A DNA stretch of 64,000 nucleotides from an uncultured Oscillospiraceae bacterium (GTDB lineage Bacteria; Bacillota; Clostridia; Oscillospirales; Ruminococcaceae), in the NCBI GenBank assembly GCA_964369265.1, contig CAYJEV010000001.1:2917-66916 (forward strand). Reading direction: 5' to 3'. How positions within the stretch are numbered: the stretch's first letter is position 1; each line of letters opens with the position of its first letter. The translations under genes were made by a program, and so were the position numbers. The notes under the pieces are model-generated. The model saw only the letters and a list, made by a program, of their open reading frames with translations, did not search any database and had not been told where the DNA came from. Below, piece by piece: positions 47,437 to 56,870 of this stretch.

Positions 47437-48597
47437 ATGTCTAAAAATATTGAAAAAATGATCGCCAAGACTTTTCTTGATATGGCTAAAGGTCTTGAAA
47501 CAGGTAGCTTTGGCGCTCAACCAAAGATCGCTATTAGTGGTCTAGGTGGAGAGCATGGCGAAGAAAATGCTGTTGCTGCTGCAAGAGTTGCAGCTTCCAA
47601 GGGCATTGATGTTACTCTAATCGGTACAATGGAAGATCCTTCTTTCACAACTTGTAAAGTTGCTAATGAAGAAGAAGGCCATAAGGCTATGGAAGCTATG
47701 CTAAACAGCGGCGAAGTTGATGGCGCTGTTACAATGCACTTCCCATTCCCAATTGGTGTTTCCACTGTTGGTAGAGTTGTAACACCAGGTAAGGGTAAGG
47801 AGCTTTATATCGCTACTACTACTGGTACTTCTTCTGCTGATCGTGTTGAGGGTATGATTAAGAATGCTATTTATGGTATCATCACTGCTAAGGCTTGTGG
47901 TGTTAAGAATCCAACTGTTGGTATCCTTAACATTGATGGCGCTAGAGCAACTGAGGGTGCTTTAAAGCAACTAGCTGAAAATGGTTATGATATTAACTTC
48001 GCATCCTCTGGTCGTTCCGACGGTGGTTGTGTAATGAGAGGTAACGACGTACTACAAGCTTCTTGCGATGTAATCGTTTGTGACTCCCTAACAGGAAACA
48101 TCCTAATCAAAATGCTAAGTGCTTATGCAACTGGTGGTAGCTATGAGTCTATCGGTTATGGCTACGGACCTGGTATTGGCCAAGGCTATGACAAGCTAGT
48201 TATGATCGTTTCTCGTGCTTCTGGTTCTCCAGTTGTTGCTGGCGCTGCACAATATGCTGCTGAGCTAGTTAAGGGTAACTATCGTAAGGTTGCTGCTGAT
48301 GAGTTTGCTGCTGCTGAAAAGGCTGGTCTAAAGGCTATTATTGAGTCTAAGAAAGCTAAGCCAGCTGCTGCATCTGCTTCTGAGGAAGAAGTTGTTGCTC
48401 CTCCAAAGCAAGTTGTAACTTACCAACTATCTGGTATTGAAATCATGGACCTAGAGGACGCTGTTAAGTCCCTATGGAAAGCTGGTATCTATGCTGAGAG
48501 TGGTATGGGTTGTACTGGTCCTATCGTTCTTGTTCCAGAGGCGAAGGGCGAGGAGAGCTTTAAGATTCTTAAAGACGCAGGTTGGATTACTCTATAG
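47437..48597 (+). CDS. grdD: glycine reductase complex component C, alpha subunit (GrdD)
   Basis: 386 aa; PlsX/FabH-like fold sequence; last gene of the grd operon. Confidence 0.85.
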   Translation: MSKNIEKMIAKTFLDMAKGLETGSFGAQPKIAISGLGGEHGEENAVAAARVAASKGIDVTLIGTMEDPSFTTCKVANEEEGHKAMEAMLNSGEVDGAVTMHFPFPIGVSTVGRVVTPGKGKELYIATTTGTSSADRVEGMIKNAIYGIITAKACGVKNPTVGILNIDGARATEGALKQLAENGYDINFASSGRSDGGCVMRGNDVLQASCDVIVCDSLTGNILIKMLSAYATGGSYESIGYGYGPGIGQGYDKLVMIVSRASGSPVVAGAAQYAAELVKGNYRKVAADEFAAAEKAGLKAIIESKKAKPAAASASEEEVVAPPKQVVTYQLSGIEIMDLEDAVKSLWKAGIYAESGMGCTGPIVLVPEAKGEESFKILKDAGWITL

Positions 48598-48609
48598 TAT
48601 TTTAACTTA

Positions 48610-48641
48610 AAAAAGGGCTGTTTTAATAACAGCTCTTTTTT
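48610..48641 (+). terminator. intrinsic terminator after grdD
   Basis: GGGCTGTT / AACAGCTC stem followed by TTTTTT. Confidence 0.7.
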
Positions 48642-48756
48642 GTTACATTCGTTTATATATAATATTAAATATTGCACATTATTTAAATGTTGTATAATGT
48701 TATAATTTTTCCGATAAAAGTTTGTTTATTAATAAGTTAAATAAATGCAAATCTCG

Positions 48757-48797
48757 AATTACAAATTATTGTAATTGTTATAAAAATATGGTATAAT
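48757..48797 (+). promoter_or_regulatory. candidate promoter with overlapping palindrome
   Basis: Palindrome AATTACAA-ATTA-TTGTAATT (48757-48776) covers a TTGTAA -35. Extended -10 TGgTATAAT lies at 48789-48797. Confidence 0.4.
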
Positions 48798-48967
48798 ATA
48801 GTTACAAAAACAATATGAAGTCCAACAACAAAATAATAGCTAAAGATTTTTAACTATATGGCTCCATGTTGTATTAGAATATAATAATCTGTGATGGGGT
48901 TAATTAACTCTATCACAATTTATTGAATAAGCTTATTTTATATTATTTAAATACAGGAGGGTCTTTT

Positions 48968-49063
48968 ATGATGAACACATTTTTGGATTTGGCTGCTTTC
49001 TTTTGGGCGATTGTAATTGGCTTTGCAGTATTGTTCACTTTAGATAAGCTAAAAAAAGATTAA
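48968..49063 (+). CDS. unannotated 31-aa hydrophobic small protein (MMNTFLDLAAFFWAIVIGFAVLFTLDKLKKD)
   Basis: AGGAGG sits 7 nt upstream of the ATG. The peptide has one predicted TM helix plus a charged tail, and a strong terminator follows. It is below the 60-aa cut-off of the ORF track. Confidence 0.45.
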   Translation: MMNTFLDLAAFFWAIVIGFAVLFTLDKLKKD

Positions 49064-49084
49064 GATTTGATTTAAAACAAACAG

Positions 49085-49119
49085 AAAGCTGTACCAAGCA
49101 TTTAGCAAGGTACAGCTTT
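49085..49119. terminator. bidirectional terminator (small ORF / nfnB)
   Basis: AAAGCTGTACC / GGTACAGCTTT 11-bp stem. Confidence 0.7.
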
Positions 49120-49148
49120 AAATTTATGTTAGGGGAGTGGTGCTTAAA

Positions 49149-50534
49149 TTATAGACTCTTAATATATGCGTCCATAGAAGCAGCAGCTTGGCGACCAGCA
49201 CCCATTGCAAGGATAACTGTAGCAGCGCCTGTTACAGCATCACCACCAGCAAATACACCAGCTCTTGTTGCAGCAGCAGTATCATCAACAGTTATACAAC
49301 CATACTTATTAGTTTCGATACCAGGAGTGGTATCTTTGATAAGTGGGTTAGGGGATGTGCCGATAGACATAATTATGCAGTCAACCTCTAGATCGAAGTT
49401 AGAGCCTTCAACTACATTTGGTCTTCTACGTCCAGAAGCATCAGCCTCACCAAGCTCCATTTTAACGCACTCTAATGCCTTAACCATACCGTTTTCGTCG
49501 CCCTTGATAGCAACTGGGTTGTTTAGAACATTGAAAATGATCTCTTCTTCTTGAGCGTGATGAACTTCTTCTGCTCTCGCTGGAATCTCATCTAGGGAAC
49601 GACGATAAACGATGTAAACATTTTCAGCGCCAAGTCTTTTTGCAGATCTAGCAGCATCCATTGCAACGTTACCACCACCAACAACAGCAACATTTTTTGC
49701 TTTGTAGATAGGAGTAGCATATTTATCGTTGTAAGCCTTCATCAGGTTAACACGAGTTAAGAACTCATTTGCAGAATAAACACCGATTAAGGATTCGCCA
49801 GGAATGTTCATGAAGTTTGGTAAACCCGCGCCAGAACCAACGAATACAGACTTATAACCCTCAGCAAATAGATCATCAATAGTCTTTGTACGACCGATAA
49901 CCATATTAAGCTTAAATTCAACACCAAGCTCTTTTAGCTTATCAACTTCCTTTTGAACGATAGCCTTTGGAAGTCTAAATTCAGGAATACCATAAACTAG
50001 AACGCCACCAGCTTGATGGAATGCTTCAAATACTGTAACAGCATAGCCCATATTAGCAAGCTCACCAGCACAAGCAAGACCAGCAGGGCCAGAGCCGATA
50101 ATAGCAACCTTAATGCCATTGCTTGCTGGTTTTTCAGAAGTTGGTAGGGGATTAGCTAGTGTGTAGTCTGCAACAAATCTCTCAAGACGACCAATACCGA
50201 CAGGCTCGCCTTTAATGCCTCTAACACATTTAGCTTCACATTGAGTTTCTTGTGGGCATACACGACCACAAACTGCTGGAAGATAGTTAGTAGAAGTTAT
50301 CACTTTATATGCATCATGGAATTTGCCTTCAGCAACTAAAGTTACAAACTCAGGAATTTTAACATTAACTGGACATCCGTTTACACAAGGCTTATGCTTA
50401 CAATTAAGACATCTTTGTGCTTCATCAATTGCCATTTCAGCAGTGTAACCTAAAGCAACCTCTTGAAAGTTTTTATTTCTAACAGTTGCCACTTGCTCTG
50501 GCATTGCATTTTTAACATTAGACATATTAGGCAT
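49149..50534 (-). CDS. nfnB: NADH-dependent reduced ferredoxin:NADP+ oxidoreductase subunit B (GltD-like)
   Basis: Fe-S motif CLNCKHKPCVNGCPV, FAD/NAD motifs IIGSGPAGLACA and VVGGGNVAMD. It is paired with a PyrK-like subunit. The start is placed at the ATG after GGAGGG (MPNMSNV). Confidence 0.8.
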   Translation of the reverse strand: MPNMSNVKNAMPEQVATVRNKNFQEVALGYTAEMAIDEAQRCLNCKHKPCVNGCPVNVKIPEFVTLVAEGKFHDAYKVITSTNYLPAVCGRVCPQETQCEAKCVRGIKGEPVGIGRLERFVADYTLANPLPTSEKPASNGIKVAIIGSGPAGLACAGELANMGYAVTVFEAFHQAGGVLVYGIPEFRLPKAIVQKEVDKLKELGVEFKLNMVIGRTKTIDDLFAEGYKSVFVGSGAGLPNFMNIPGESLIGVYSANEFLTRVNLMKAYNDKYATPIYKAKNVAVVGGGNVAMDAARSAKRLGAENVYIVYRRSLDEIPARAEEVHHAQEEEIIFNVLNNPVAIKGDENGMVKALECVKMELGEADASGRRRPNVVEGSNFDLEVDCIIMSIGTSPNPLIKDTTPGIETNKYGCITVDDTAAATRAGVFAGGDAVTGAATVILAMGAGRQAAASMDAYIKSL

Positions 50535-51372
50535 CTTTATTTCCCTCCAAACCAATTCTACAAGCATGATCCTTCTCTTTTTCAATCTCAGAGTAGAATC
50601 TGTTTCTTAGCATAAGCTCATCGAAGTCAACAAGATGACCATCAAAATCAGGACCTTCAACGCAAGCAAATCTAACTTTGCCATCAACAGTTACACGGCA
50701 ACATCCGCACATGCCAGTTGCATCAATCATAACAGGGTTTAGAGAAACAACAGTTTTGATGTTGTATTTTTTAGTAACAGCAGAAACGAATTTCATCATT
50801 GGGATAGGGCCGATAGCGATACAAAGATCATAGCCAGCACCATCGTTGATTAGCTCTTCAAGCTTAGTTGTAACAAAGCCCTTATATCCGTAGCTACCAT
50901 CATCAGTAGTGATATGTAGGTTATCGCAGTTAGCAGTAAATTCATCCTCAAGAATAACGATGTCTTTGTTTCTAAAACCAGCGATTACATCAACAGGAAT
51001 ACCAAGTTCTTTAGCTTGCTTTGCTTGTGGGAAAGCGATAGCACAACCAACACCACCACCAACTACTACAATCTTCTTTGCGCCATCGATATGAGTTGGA
51101 ACACCTAAAGGTCCAACAAAATCAAGTACATGATCGCCTGCATTTAGGGAAGCAAGTTGTCTAGTTGTTGCGCCAACTACCTGCATGATAATTGTAACAG
51201 CACCAGTTTCTGGGTCAGTATCATTGATTGTTAAAGGAATTCTTTCGCCCATTTCATCAACTCTAACCACAATAAATTGTCCAGCTTTTGCTTTTGTTGC
51301 AATGTCCTTGTTTAGGATCTTTAGCAGAACAACAGCATCATTTAAAACACGTTTTTCTAGTATTGGATACAT
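50527..51372 (-). CDS. nfnA: NfnA, PyrK-like FAD/[2Fe-2S] subunit
   Basis: 281 aa ferredoxin-NADP reductase-like fold with C-terminal GMCGCCRVTV cluster motif. It overlaps the nfnB start. Confidence 0.8.
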   Translation of the reverse strand: MYPILEKRVLNDAVVLLKILNKDIATKAKAGQFIVVRVDEMGERIPLTINDTDPETGAVTIIMQVVGATTRQLASLNAGDHVLDFVGPLGVPTHIDGAKKIVVVGGGVGCAIAFPQAKQAKELGIPVDVIAGFRNKDIVILEDEFTANCDNLHITTDDGSYGYKGFVTTKLEELINDGAGYDLCIAIGPIPMMKFVSAVTKKYNIKTVVSLNPVMIDATGMCGCCRVTVDGKVRFACVEGPDFDGHLVDFDELMLRNRFYSEIEKEKDHACRIGLEGNKDA

Positions 51373-51522
51373 TTAAACACCTCTTATTGAAAATTTTATA
51401 CAATAATTATATTATACAGAGATAATAATTGCAAGCTGTTTTGTAACACTATATAATATTTTGGCTAATTATGATATTTTTTTAACACTTTAAGATGATG
51501 TTTTGTTGAATATTTATACTTA

Positions 51523-52485
51523 CTATATGTAATCTCTTATGTCAATCATAGCATTTTCTGGTATTAAGAAGGATGGGGGGATATCTAGGATTGTGAAAGC
51601 GCCTATTTTCCTATCTTTTTTTAGCCTATCGCAAGCTATTGAATATGCAAGCATAACTGTTGCGGTGAACTCTGGGTTTGAGCTCAGTTTTAATGAAAAA
51701 TCAATAATTTGTTTGTTGTCTTCGCTAGTTTCTCCCGCTCTGATAACAAATCCACAGTGTGGCATTTTTCTGTGATTGGCATCAAGCTCTTCCATTGAAA
51801 TAAAATGGACGATTGTATAATAGTCTGCAAAGTAGTCAGGCATTGTAACTATAGCGTTTTTGACATATTCTTTATCTCCATCTTGCTCCAATACAACATA
51901 ACACTCTCTTGTATGTTTCTGAAAGGAAGCAAGTTTTGTATCTTCTCCATCTCTAACTTTATTTAACACAGAATCTATAGGGACTGTATACTGAACAGCA
52001 TCTGCAACGCCTTTTATTGCTCTTATTGCTTGAGAATGCCCTTGACTAACACCACGACCCCAAAAAGTATCAGTGTGTCCGCTTGGAAGAACAGCTTCTG
52101 ATATTGTTCTGATAATTGAAAACAGTCCAGGATCCCAGCCAGCCCCTGTTATTGTGGTTGTTTTGTGTTTAAGTGCTGACTCTGCAAGATTATTTAAATA
52201 TTCTTTCATATTGTTATGGTTGTCATAGCTGTCAACAAAAGAGAAATGTTCTGAAAAATTTAGCGCATCTGTTGGTAAATCTGTTTTAGAGCCGCCACAT
52301 AAAATTAAGACATCAATATCATCTTTATAGCTTAAAATCTCCTTTATAGGAACGTATCTATCGTTTGGAATTTCTCGTCTGCTGAAGATATGCTTTAGCT
52401 CTAAAGATGGGAAGTTGACAATGGTTTTCTCGACAGCCTTTCCGACATTTCCATACCCAACTATACCAATTCTTGTTTTTAACAT
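51523..52485 (-). CDS. ddh: meso-diaminopimelate D-dehydrogenase
   Basis: IGIVGYGNVGKAV, DSYDNH and GWDPGLFSIIR...FWGRGVSQGHSQAIR closely parallel the Corynebacterium Ddh sequence as I remember it. Confidence 0.85.
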   Translation of the reverse strand: MLKTRIGIVGYGNVGKAVEKTIVNFPSLELKHIFSRREIPNDRYVPIKEILSYKDDIDVLILCGGSKTDLPTDALNFSEHFSFVDSYDNHNNMKEYLNNLAESALKHKTTTITGAGWDPGLFSIIRTISEAVLPSGHTDTFWGRGVSQGHSQAIRAIKGVADAVQYTVPIDSVLNKVRDGEDTKLASFQKHTRECYVVLEQDGDKEYVKNAIVTMPDYFADYYTIVHFISMEELDANHRKMPHCGFVIRAGETSEDNKQIIDFSLKLSSNPEFTATVMLAYSIACDRLKKDRKIGAFTILDIPPSFLIPENAMIDIRDYI

Positions 52486-52695
52486 AAAACCACCACTTTC
52501 ATATTTTTTGTTTGCCTGTTATACAAACATTTAATTTTATTCAAAAACATCAAAATTTATGCATAAATAATTTTTTGCATAAAAGTGTAATAAAATGGTT
52601 TTCAAACAAGATATAGTATGTTATAATGGTTATAATTATAGTTAAACATATTTTATGCTTATTAAAGCTATATTATAAGTTTGGGGGATATTAAA

Positions 52696-53481
52696 TTGAC
52701 CAGAGATGAACAAGGGCTTCAAAAAGCTAAAAAAATGGGCGGATATGATCGTCGATTAACACTAAAGTACATAGAGGATTTAAGAAACGAATACGAAAAA
52801 AAGCTAACCGAAGAGCAGCTGAAAACAGATGCGCTAAAAGAACAGCTATCAGACCTGCAACAAGAGCAAGCTTCGCTGTCCGAGCAGAATAAGCTTATTA
52901 GTGAGAATGTTTATAAAGAGCAGTATTATGTTGGAGAGCTTAATTTATCAATAAATAAACTAAATATTGAGCTTAGCTCTCAAAGGGTTGAGCTCAATGA
53001 GAAAGAAAAGCAAAACTATCGCTTATCTGCTGAGCTTGAAATCCTTAAAAAAGAGAATGAGGAGCTTAGAATTATTGAAAATCAATATGAAGAGCTTAGA
53101 ACACGTTTTAGTGATATGATGCTTGAGGTTAGAACGAATGCCGATAAGTTAATGGCTAATGCAAATAGACAAGCTGCTGAAACAGTTGCCGATGCTAAAA
53201 AGAGGGCGGAAGAGCTTGTTGAAGGTGCACATCGATATGTCAATGAGGTCAACAGCGATATATCTACATTAAGGGCGCAGGTTGTTGTTGGAAGGAAATA
53301 TCTTTCTGAACTTAGCGAAGGTATTATAAGCGGGCTTAATAATATTGAGCTTGTTGCTAACTCGATGGATTATACTGCCAATAGAGATGAGGATTATGAA
53401 ATAGAGCTTAGTATGCTTTCTGACATTATAACGCAAAGCAAGAACAAAGTATCTTATGAGGATAAAGATGAACAACAGTAA
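52696..53481 (+). CDS. DivIVA-domain coiled-coil protein
   Basis: N-terminal LTRDEQGLQKAKKMGGYDRR resembles the DivIVA/GpsB LTxxDIxxxxFxxxxRGY motif, followed by a long coiled coil. TTG 52696 follows GGGGGA; the ORF track starts at TTG 52681. Confidence 0.6.
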   Translation: MTRDEQGLQKAKKMGGYDRRLTLKYIEDLRNEYEKKLTEEQLKTDALKEQLSDLQQEQASLSEQNKLISENVYKEQYYVGELNLSINKLNIELSSQRVELNEKEKQNYRLSAELEILKKENEELRIIENQYEELRTRFSDMMLEVRTNADKLMANANRQAAETVADAKKRAEELVEGAHRYVNEVNSDISTLRAQVVVGRKYLSELSEGIISGLNNIELVANSMDYTANRDEDYEIELSMLSDIITQSKNKVSYEDKDEQQ

Positions 53482-54163
53482 ACCATTTGTTTCTGCTATT
53501 ATAGTTGCTGGTGGCAATTCAACAAGAATGGGCGGAGTAGATAAATGTTTTCATAGCTTGAATGATAAGATGGTGATAGTATATTCTGTTGAGCTTTTTG
53601 AAAAATTGTCTTTGATTGACGAAATTATAATTGTTACCAGAGAAGATAAGGTTGATTTTCTAAAACAAGAGTTTAAGCATATAACAAAACTAAAATCTAT
53701 TGCTTTATCTGGAGAAGTTCGTCATGATTCAGTGTATTCAGGAGTTAGGGAATGCTCTGAGCAATGTGATTTTTTGCTAATTCATGATGCAGCTCGCCCG
53801 CTTATTGATGATAGCATAGTTAGAGATTCACTAAGGCTGGCATTTGAGAAAAAAGCAGTAATTGTCGCTGTTGAGTCAAAAGATACAGTAAAGCAATCTT
53901 TTGATGGTGAAGTAGTGAACAATACTCCTAATCGTTCAACGCTTTACAATGTCCAAACACCGCAAATTTTCTTAAAAGATTTCTGGGTAAGAGGCTGTAG
54001 TTTGCTAGAAAACCCAACGGACGATAGTCAGCTTATTGAAGCTTTGGGGGAGAAGGTATATATTGCGAAGGGCAGCTATCAAAACATAAAAATCACGACT
54101 GCTGAAGACTTAATAATTGCCGAAGCTTTTTTAAAGTTTAGAAAAGAAGGGGAGAAGATATAA
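53468..54163 (+). CDS. ispD: 2-C-methyl-D-erythritol 4-phosphate cytidylyltransferase
   Basis: AIIVAGGNSTRMG motif; followed directly by ispF. Confidence 0.85.
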   Translation: MNNSKPFVSAIIVAGGNSTRMGGVDKCFHSLNDKMVIVYSVELFEKLSLIDEIIIVTREDKVDFLKQEFKHITKLKSIALSGEVRHDSVYSGVRECSEQCDFLLIHDAARPLIDDSIVRDSLRLAFEKKAVIVAVESKDTVKQSFDGEVVNNTPNRSTLYNVQTPQIFLKDFWVRGCSLLENPTDDSQLIEALGEKVYIAKGSYQNIKITTAEDLIIAEAFLKFRKEGEKI

Positions 54164-54643
54164 GTGAGAATAGGTTTTGGGTATGATGTTCATAGGCTAG
54201 TTTCTGATAGAAAGCTGATTCTTGGTGGTGTTAAGATAAAAAGCGACCTTGGACTGCTGGGGCATTCTGATGCCGATGTACTTACACATGCCATTATAGA
54301 CTCTTTATATGGTGCACTCTCGCTTGGTGATATTGGAAGCAATTTCCCTGATACAAGTAGCGAATATAAGGATATAAATAGCATGATTTTGCTGGAGCGT
54401 TGCTTTGGTAAGGTTAAGAGTAAGGGATATGTATTGGGGAATATAGACTGCACTATAGTTGCGCAGTATCCTAAGCTTAGTGGGTATATCCTCGAAATAC
54501 GAGAGTCGCTTGCAAAAATGCTTGAAGTTAGTGTTGATGATGTTAGCGTTAAGGCAACAACAGAAGAAGGCATGGGTTTCACAGGTGCAAAAGAAGGAAT
54601 GTCAGCATATGCTGTATGCCTTTTGTTGAAAAGCACTATTTAG
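54164..54643 (+). CDS. ispF: 2-C-methyl-D-erythritol 2,4-cyclodiphosphate synthase
   Basis: RIGFGYDVHRL and GHSDADVLTHA motifs; GTG start. Confidence 0.9.
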   Translation: MRIGFGYDVHRLVSDRKLILGGVKIKSDLGLLGHSDADVLTHAIIDSLYGALSLGDIGSNFPDTSSEYKDINSMILLERCFGKVKSKGYVLGNIDCTIVAQYPKLSGYILEIRESLAKMLEVSVDDVSVKATTEEGMGFTGAKEGMSAYAVCLLLKSTI

Positions 54644-54669
54644 TTTTAAATAGTGAAAATATATGAAAA

Positions 54670-55539
54670 GTGGTGATGAGGATGGATGTATTGATTCCTA
54701 ACATTATGGGTTTGTTCAGTATGTTTAGAATAATAGACATTATTGATATTTTTCTTGTAACAGTAATAATTTATCAGTGTATACGCCTGCTAAGAGATAA
54801 TGGAGCGCTTCATCTAGTTAAGGGTGTGTTAGCGTTTATTTTTGTCAGTGCAGTTATTAGCTCGCAAGACATACTTGTTATGCGTTATTTAGTGTCTAAC
54901 ACGCTTCAAATTGCGACTGTTGCTGTTCTTATTATCTTTCAGCCAGAGCTTAGAAAGGCGCTTGAGCAGTTAGGTAGAAATGGCTTTGGTAGTTTAGATA
55001 TATTTGCCCGCAAAACTGATAACGAAGTTTTAGAGCAATGGAAAAAATCAATAGATTCAATAACAGGCGCTTTTGTTCAATTATCGGCAACGAAAACTGG
55101 TGCGCTTGTTGTTTTGGAGAGAAGCAATTCCTTAACAGATATAATTAAAACAGGTACTAAGCTAGATGCTGAGGCAAGCGAGCAACTTATCGGCAATATA
55201 TTTTTCCACAACTCTCCACTGCACGACGGTGCTTTAGTTATGAGAGATGGTAGACTTGCTTCTGCTGGGTGCTTTCTGCCTTTGTCTGAAAACTATCAAA
55301 TAAGCAAAGAGCTTGGCACTAGACATAGAGCGGCGCTTGGAATGAGCGAGCGTTCTGATGCTATTATAGTTGTTGTGTCAGAAGAAACAGGCCAAATCTC
55401 AATGGCTCAAAAGGGCAGGTTAACAAGAGGTATTTCTCCAAGCAAACTTAATAAGACCCTTACCGATATTATTATTCCAAAGGAAGATGATGAGTCAATG
55501 AATAGCTTCAAACCATTATTTATGAGGTCAAAGAAATGA
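54670..55539 (+). CDS. cdaA: diadenylate cyclase CdaA (DacA)
   Basis: N-terminal TM helices and a DAC domain with HDGALVM and GTRHRAALG. The start is uncertain (GTG 54670, ATG 54676 or ATG 54682). Confidence 0.9.
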   Translation: MVMRMDVLIPNIMGLFSMFRIIDIIDIFLVTVIIYQCIRLLRDNGALHLVKGVLAFIFVSAVISSQDILVMRYLVSNTLQIATVAVLIIFQPELRKALEQLGRNGFGSLDIFARKTDNEVLEQWKKSIDSITGAFVQLSATKTGALVVLERSNSLTDIIKTGTKLDAEASEQLIGNIFFHNSPLHDGALVMRDGRLASAGCFLPLSENYQISKELGTRHRAALGMSERSDAIIVVVSEETGQISMAQKGRLTRGISPSKLNKTLTDIIIPKEDDESMNSFKPLFMRSKK

Positions 55540-56801
55540 GAATAAAGTTTGATAAAATACTTGAAAATAACAATGTTCTAATGTTTATCTCCTTCTTTTT
55601 AGCGACTATTCTCTGGTTTAGTATAGCCTATGGAACTGATGAGAGCGCAACAAGGGAGTTTAGCTCTGTGCCTGTTAAGATTGATATAGAAGGCAGCGTG
55701 CCTGGCAGTTTAGGCTTTTCGCCTATATTAAAGGAAGACATAACAGTTGCTGTTGTTCTTGAAGGTGGAAGATCCAACATGAATAGCCTAACAGCTGATG
55801 ATATTAGAATTACAGCTAACATATCAGGTATAACCAAAAGCGGAACGTATGAAGTGCTTCTTGAAGCGCCTGATTATAGGCATCTAGGCTATGATGTTGC
55901 TAGTATAGAGCCATCTAGCGTTGAAATTAGGTTTGATAGGCTAATGACCAATACTATACCAGTAACTGGAGTTATAACTGATGTGACTATTGCTGATGGC
56001 TTTGTGCTAAATAAAGAGATAACTCATCCTCAAAACATTACTATTTCTGGACCAGAGGAAGATGTTGTTCAGGTTAGCTCTGCTTCTGTCAATGTGGCGG
56101 TTGGTGCTATGTTAAGCGAAACAACAACATTTTCTGGAGCAATTGCCTTAAAAGATATTTTAGGTAGAGATATAAATTCAGAGTTCATTACAATGAGCAA
56201 CGAAACAGCAGAGGTAACATTAGAGATATACAAAACGGCTGAACTACCACTAGCTGTTGGATTTAATAATCGTCCAACAGGCTTTGATGTGGATAATCTC
56301 GATTACACAATAGAGCCTAGCACATTGAGAGTTGCAGGTCCGGCTGAAATAATTGATGATTTGGAAGAAATATCTCTTGGCAACATTGATATGAGCATGT
56401 TGCAGCCAGATAGCGAATACACGTATGATTCCATTCTGCCAAACAATGTTGTTTCAATCGATAATGTCAATAGTGCAACTGTTACTTTCCATCCTGACTT
56501 ATATGTTAGTGGGGTATACAACATACCTGAAATAAGGATTATCAATGCTCCGAATGATTATGAAGTAACTGTTGATACAGTTAGCCTTAATAATGTTACT
56601 ATCTATGGATTCCAAGCTTCAATTGATGCACTTGATGTTGAGGGAATAGTAGCAGAGATTGATTTAAGGAGTGTTGAGGTGCGTGTTGGACAAATTTCAG
56701 TTCCAGTACAGGTAGCATACATTGGCAACGATAATTGCTGGGCATATGGAGAGTATAGCGCTATTATAACAGCGAGAGCAAGGGATTCAATAACGCCGTA
56801 A
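55536..56801 (+). CDS. cdaR: CdaA regulatory protein CdaR (YbbR-domain repeats)
   Basis: ATGA-coupled to cdaA. It has an N-terminal TM segment and repeated beta-rich YbbR-like modules. Confidence 0.7.
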   Translation: MRIKFDKILENNNVLMFISFFLATILWFSIAYGTDESATREFSSVPVKIDIEGSVPGSLGFSPILKEDITVAVVLEGGRSNMNSLTADDIRITANISGITKSGTYEVLLEAPDYRHLGYDVASIEPSSVEIRFDRLMTNTIPVTGVITDVTIADGFVLNKEITHPQNITISGPEEDVVQVSSASVNVAVGAMLSETTTFSGAIALKDILGRDINSEFITMSNETAEVTLEIYKTAELPLAVGFNNRPTGFDVDNLDYTIEPSTLRVAGPAEIIDDLEEISLGNIDMSMLQPDSEYTYDSILPNNVVSIDNVNSATVTFHPDLYVSGVYNIPEIRIINAPNDYEVTVDTVSLNNVTIYGFQASIDALDVEGIVAEIDLRSVEVRVGQISVPVQVAYIGNDNCWAYGEYSAIITARARDSITP

Positions 56802-56815
56802 ATAAATGATTAAAA

Positions 56816-56846
56816 TTAAGTCACCCAACTAAGGGTGGCTTAATTT
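56816..56846 (+). terminator. intrinsic terminator after cdaR
   Basis: TTAAGTCACCC / GGGTGGCTTAA stem followed by TTT. Confidence 0.65.
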
Positions 56847-56870
56847 GATAAAAAAGAAATGGAGCATTAC

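Noticed and set aside
40789-48597. Codon-usage island as evidence of horizontal transfer of the grd operon
   Set aside because: There are no flanking mobility genes, tRNA or repeats. The bias looks like expression-level optimisation, and GC content is not visibly different from that of the neighbours.
52486-52680. Lysine riboswitch (L-box) upstream of ddh on the minus strand
   Set aside because: The 195-nt region is almost pure A+T, with none of the conserved G-rich L-box blocks.
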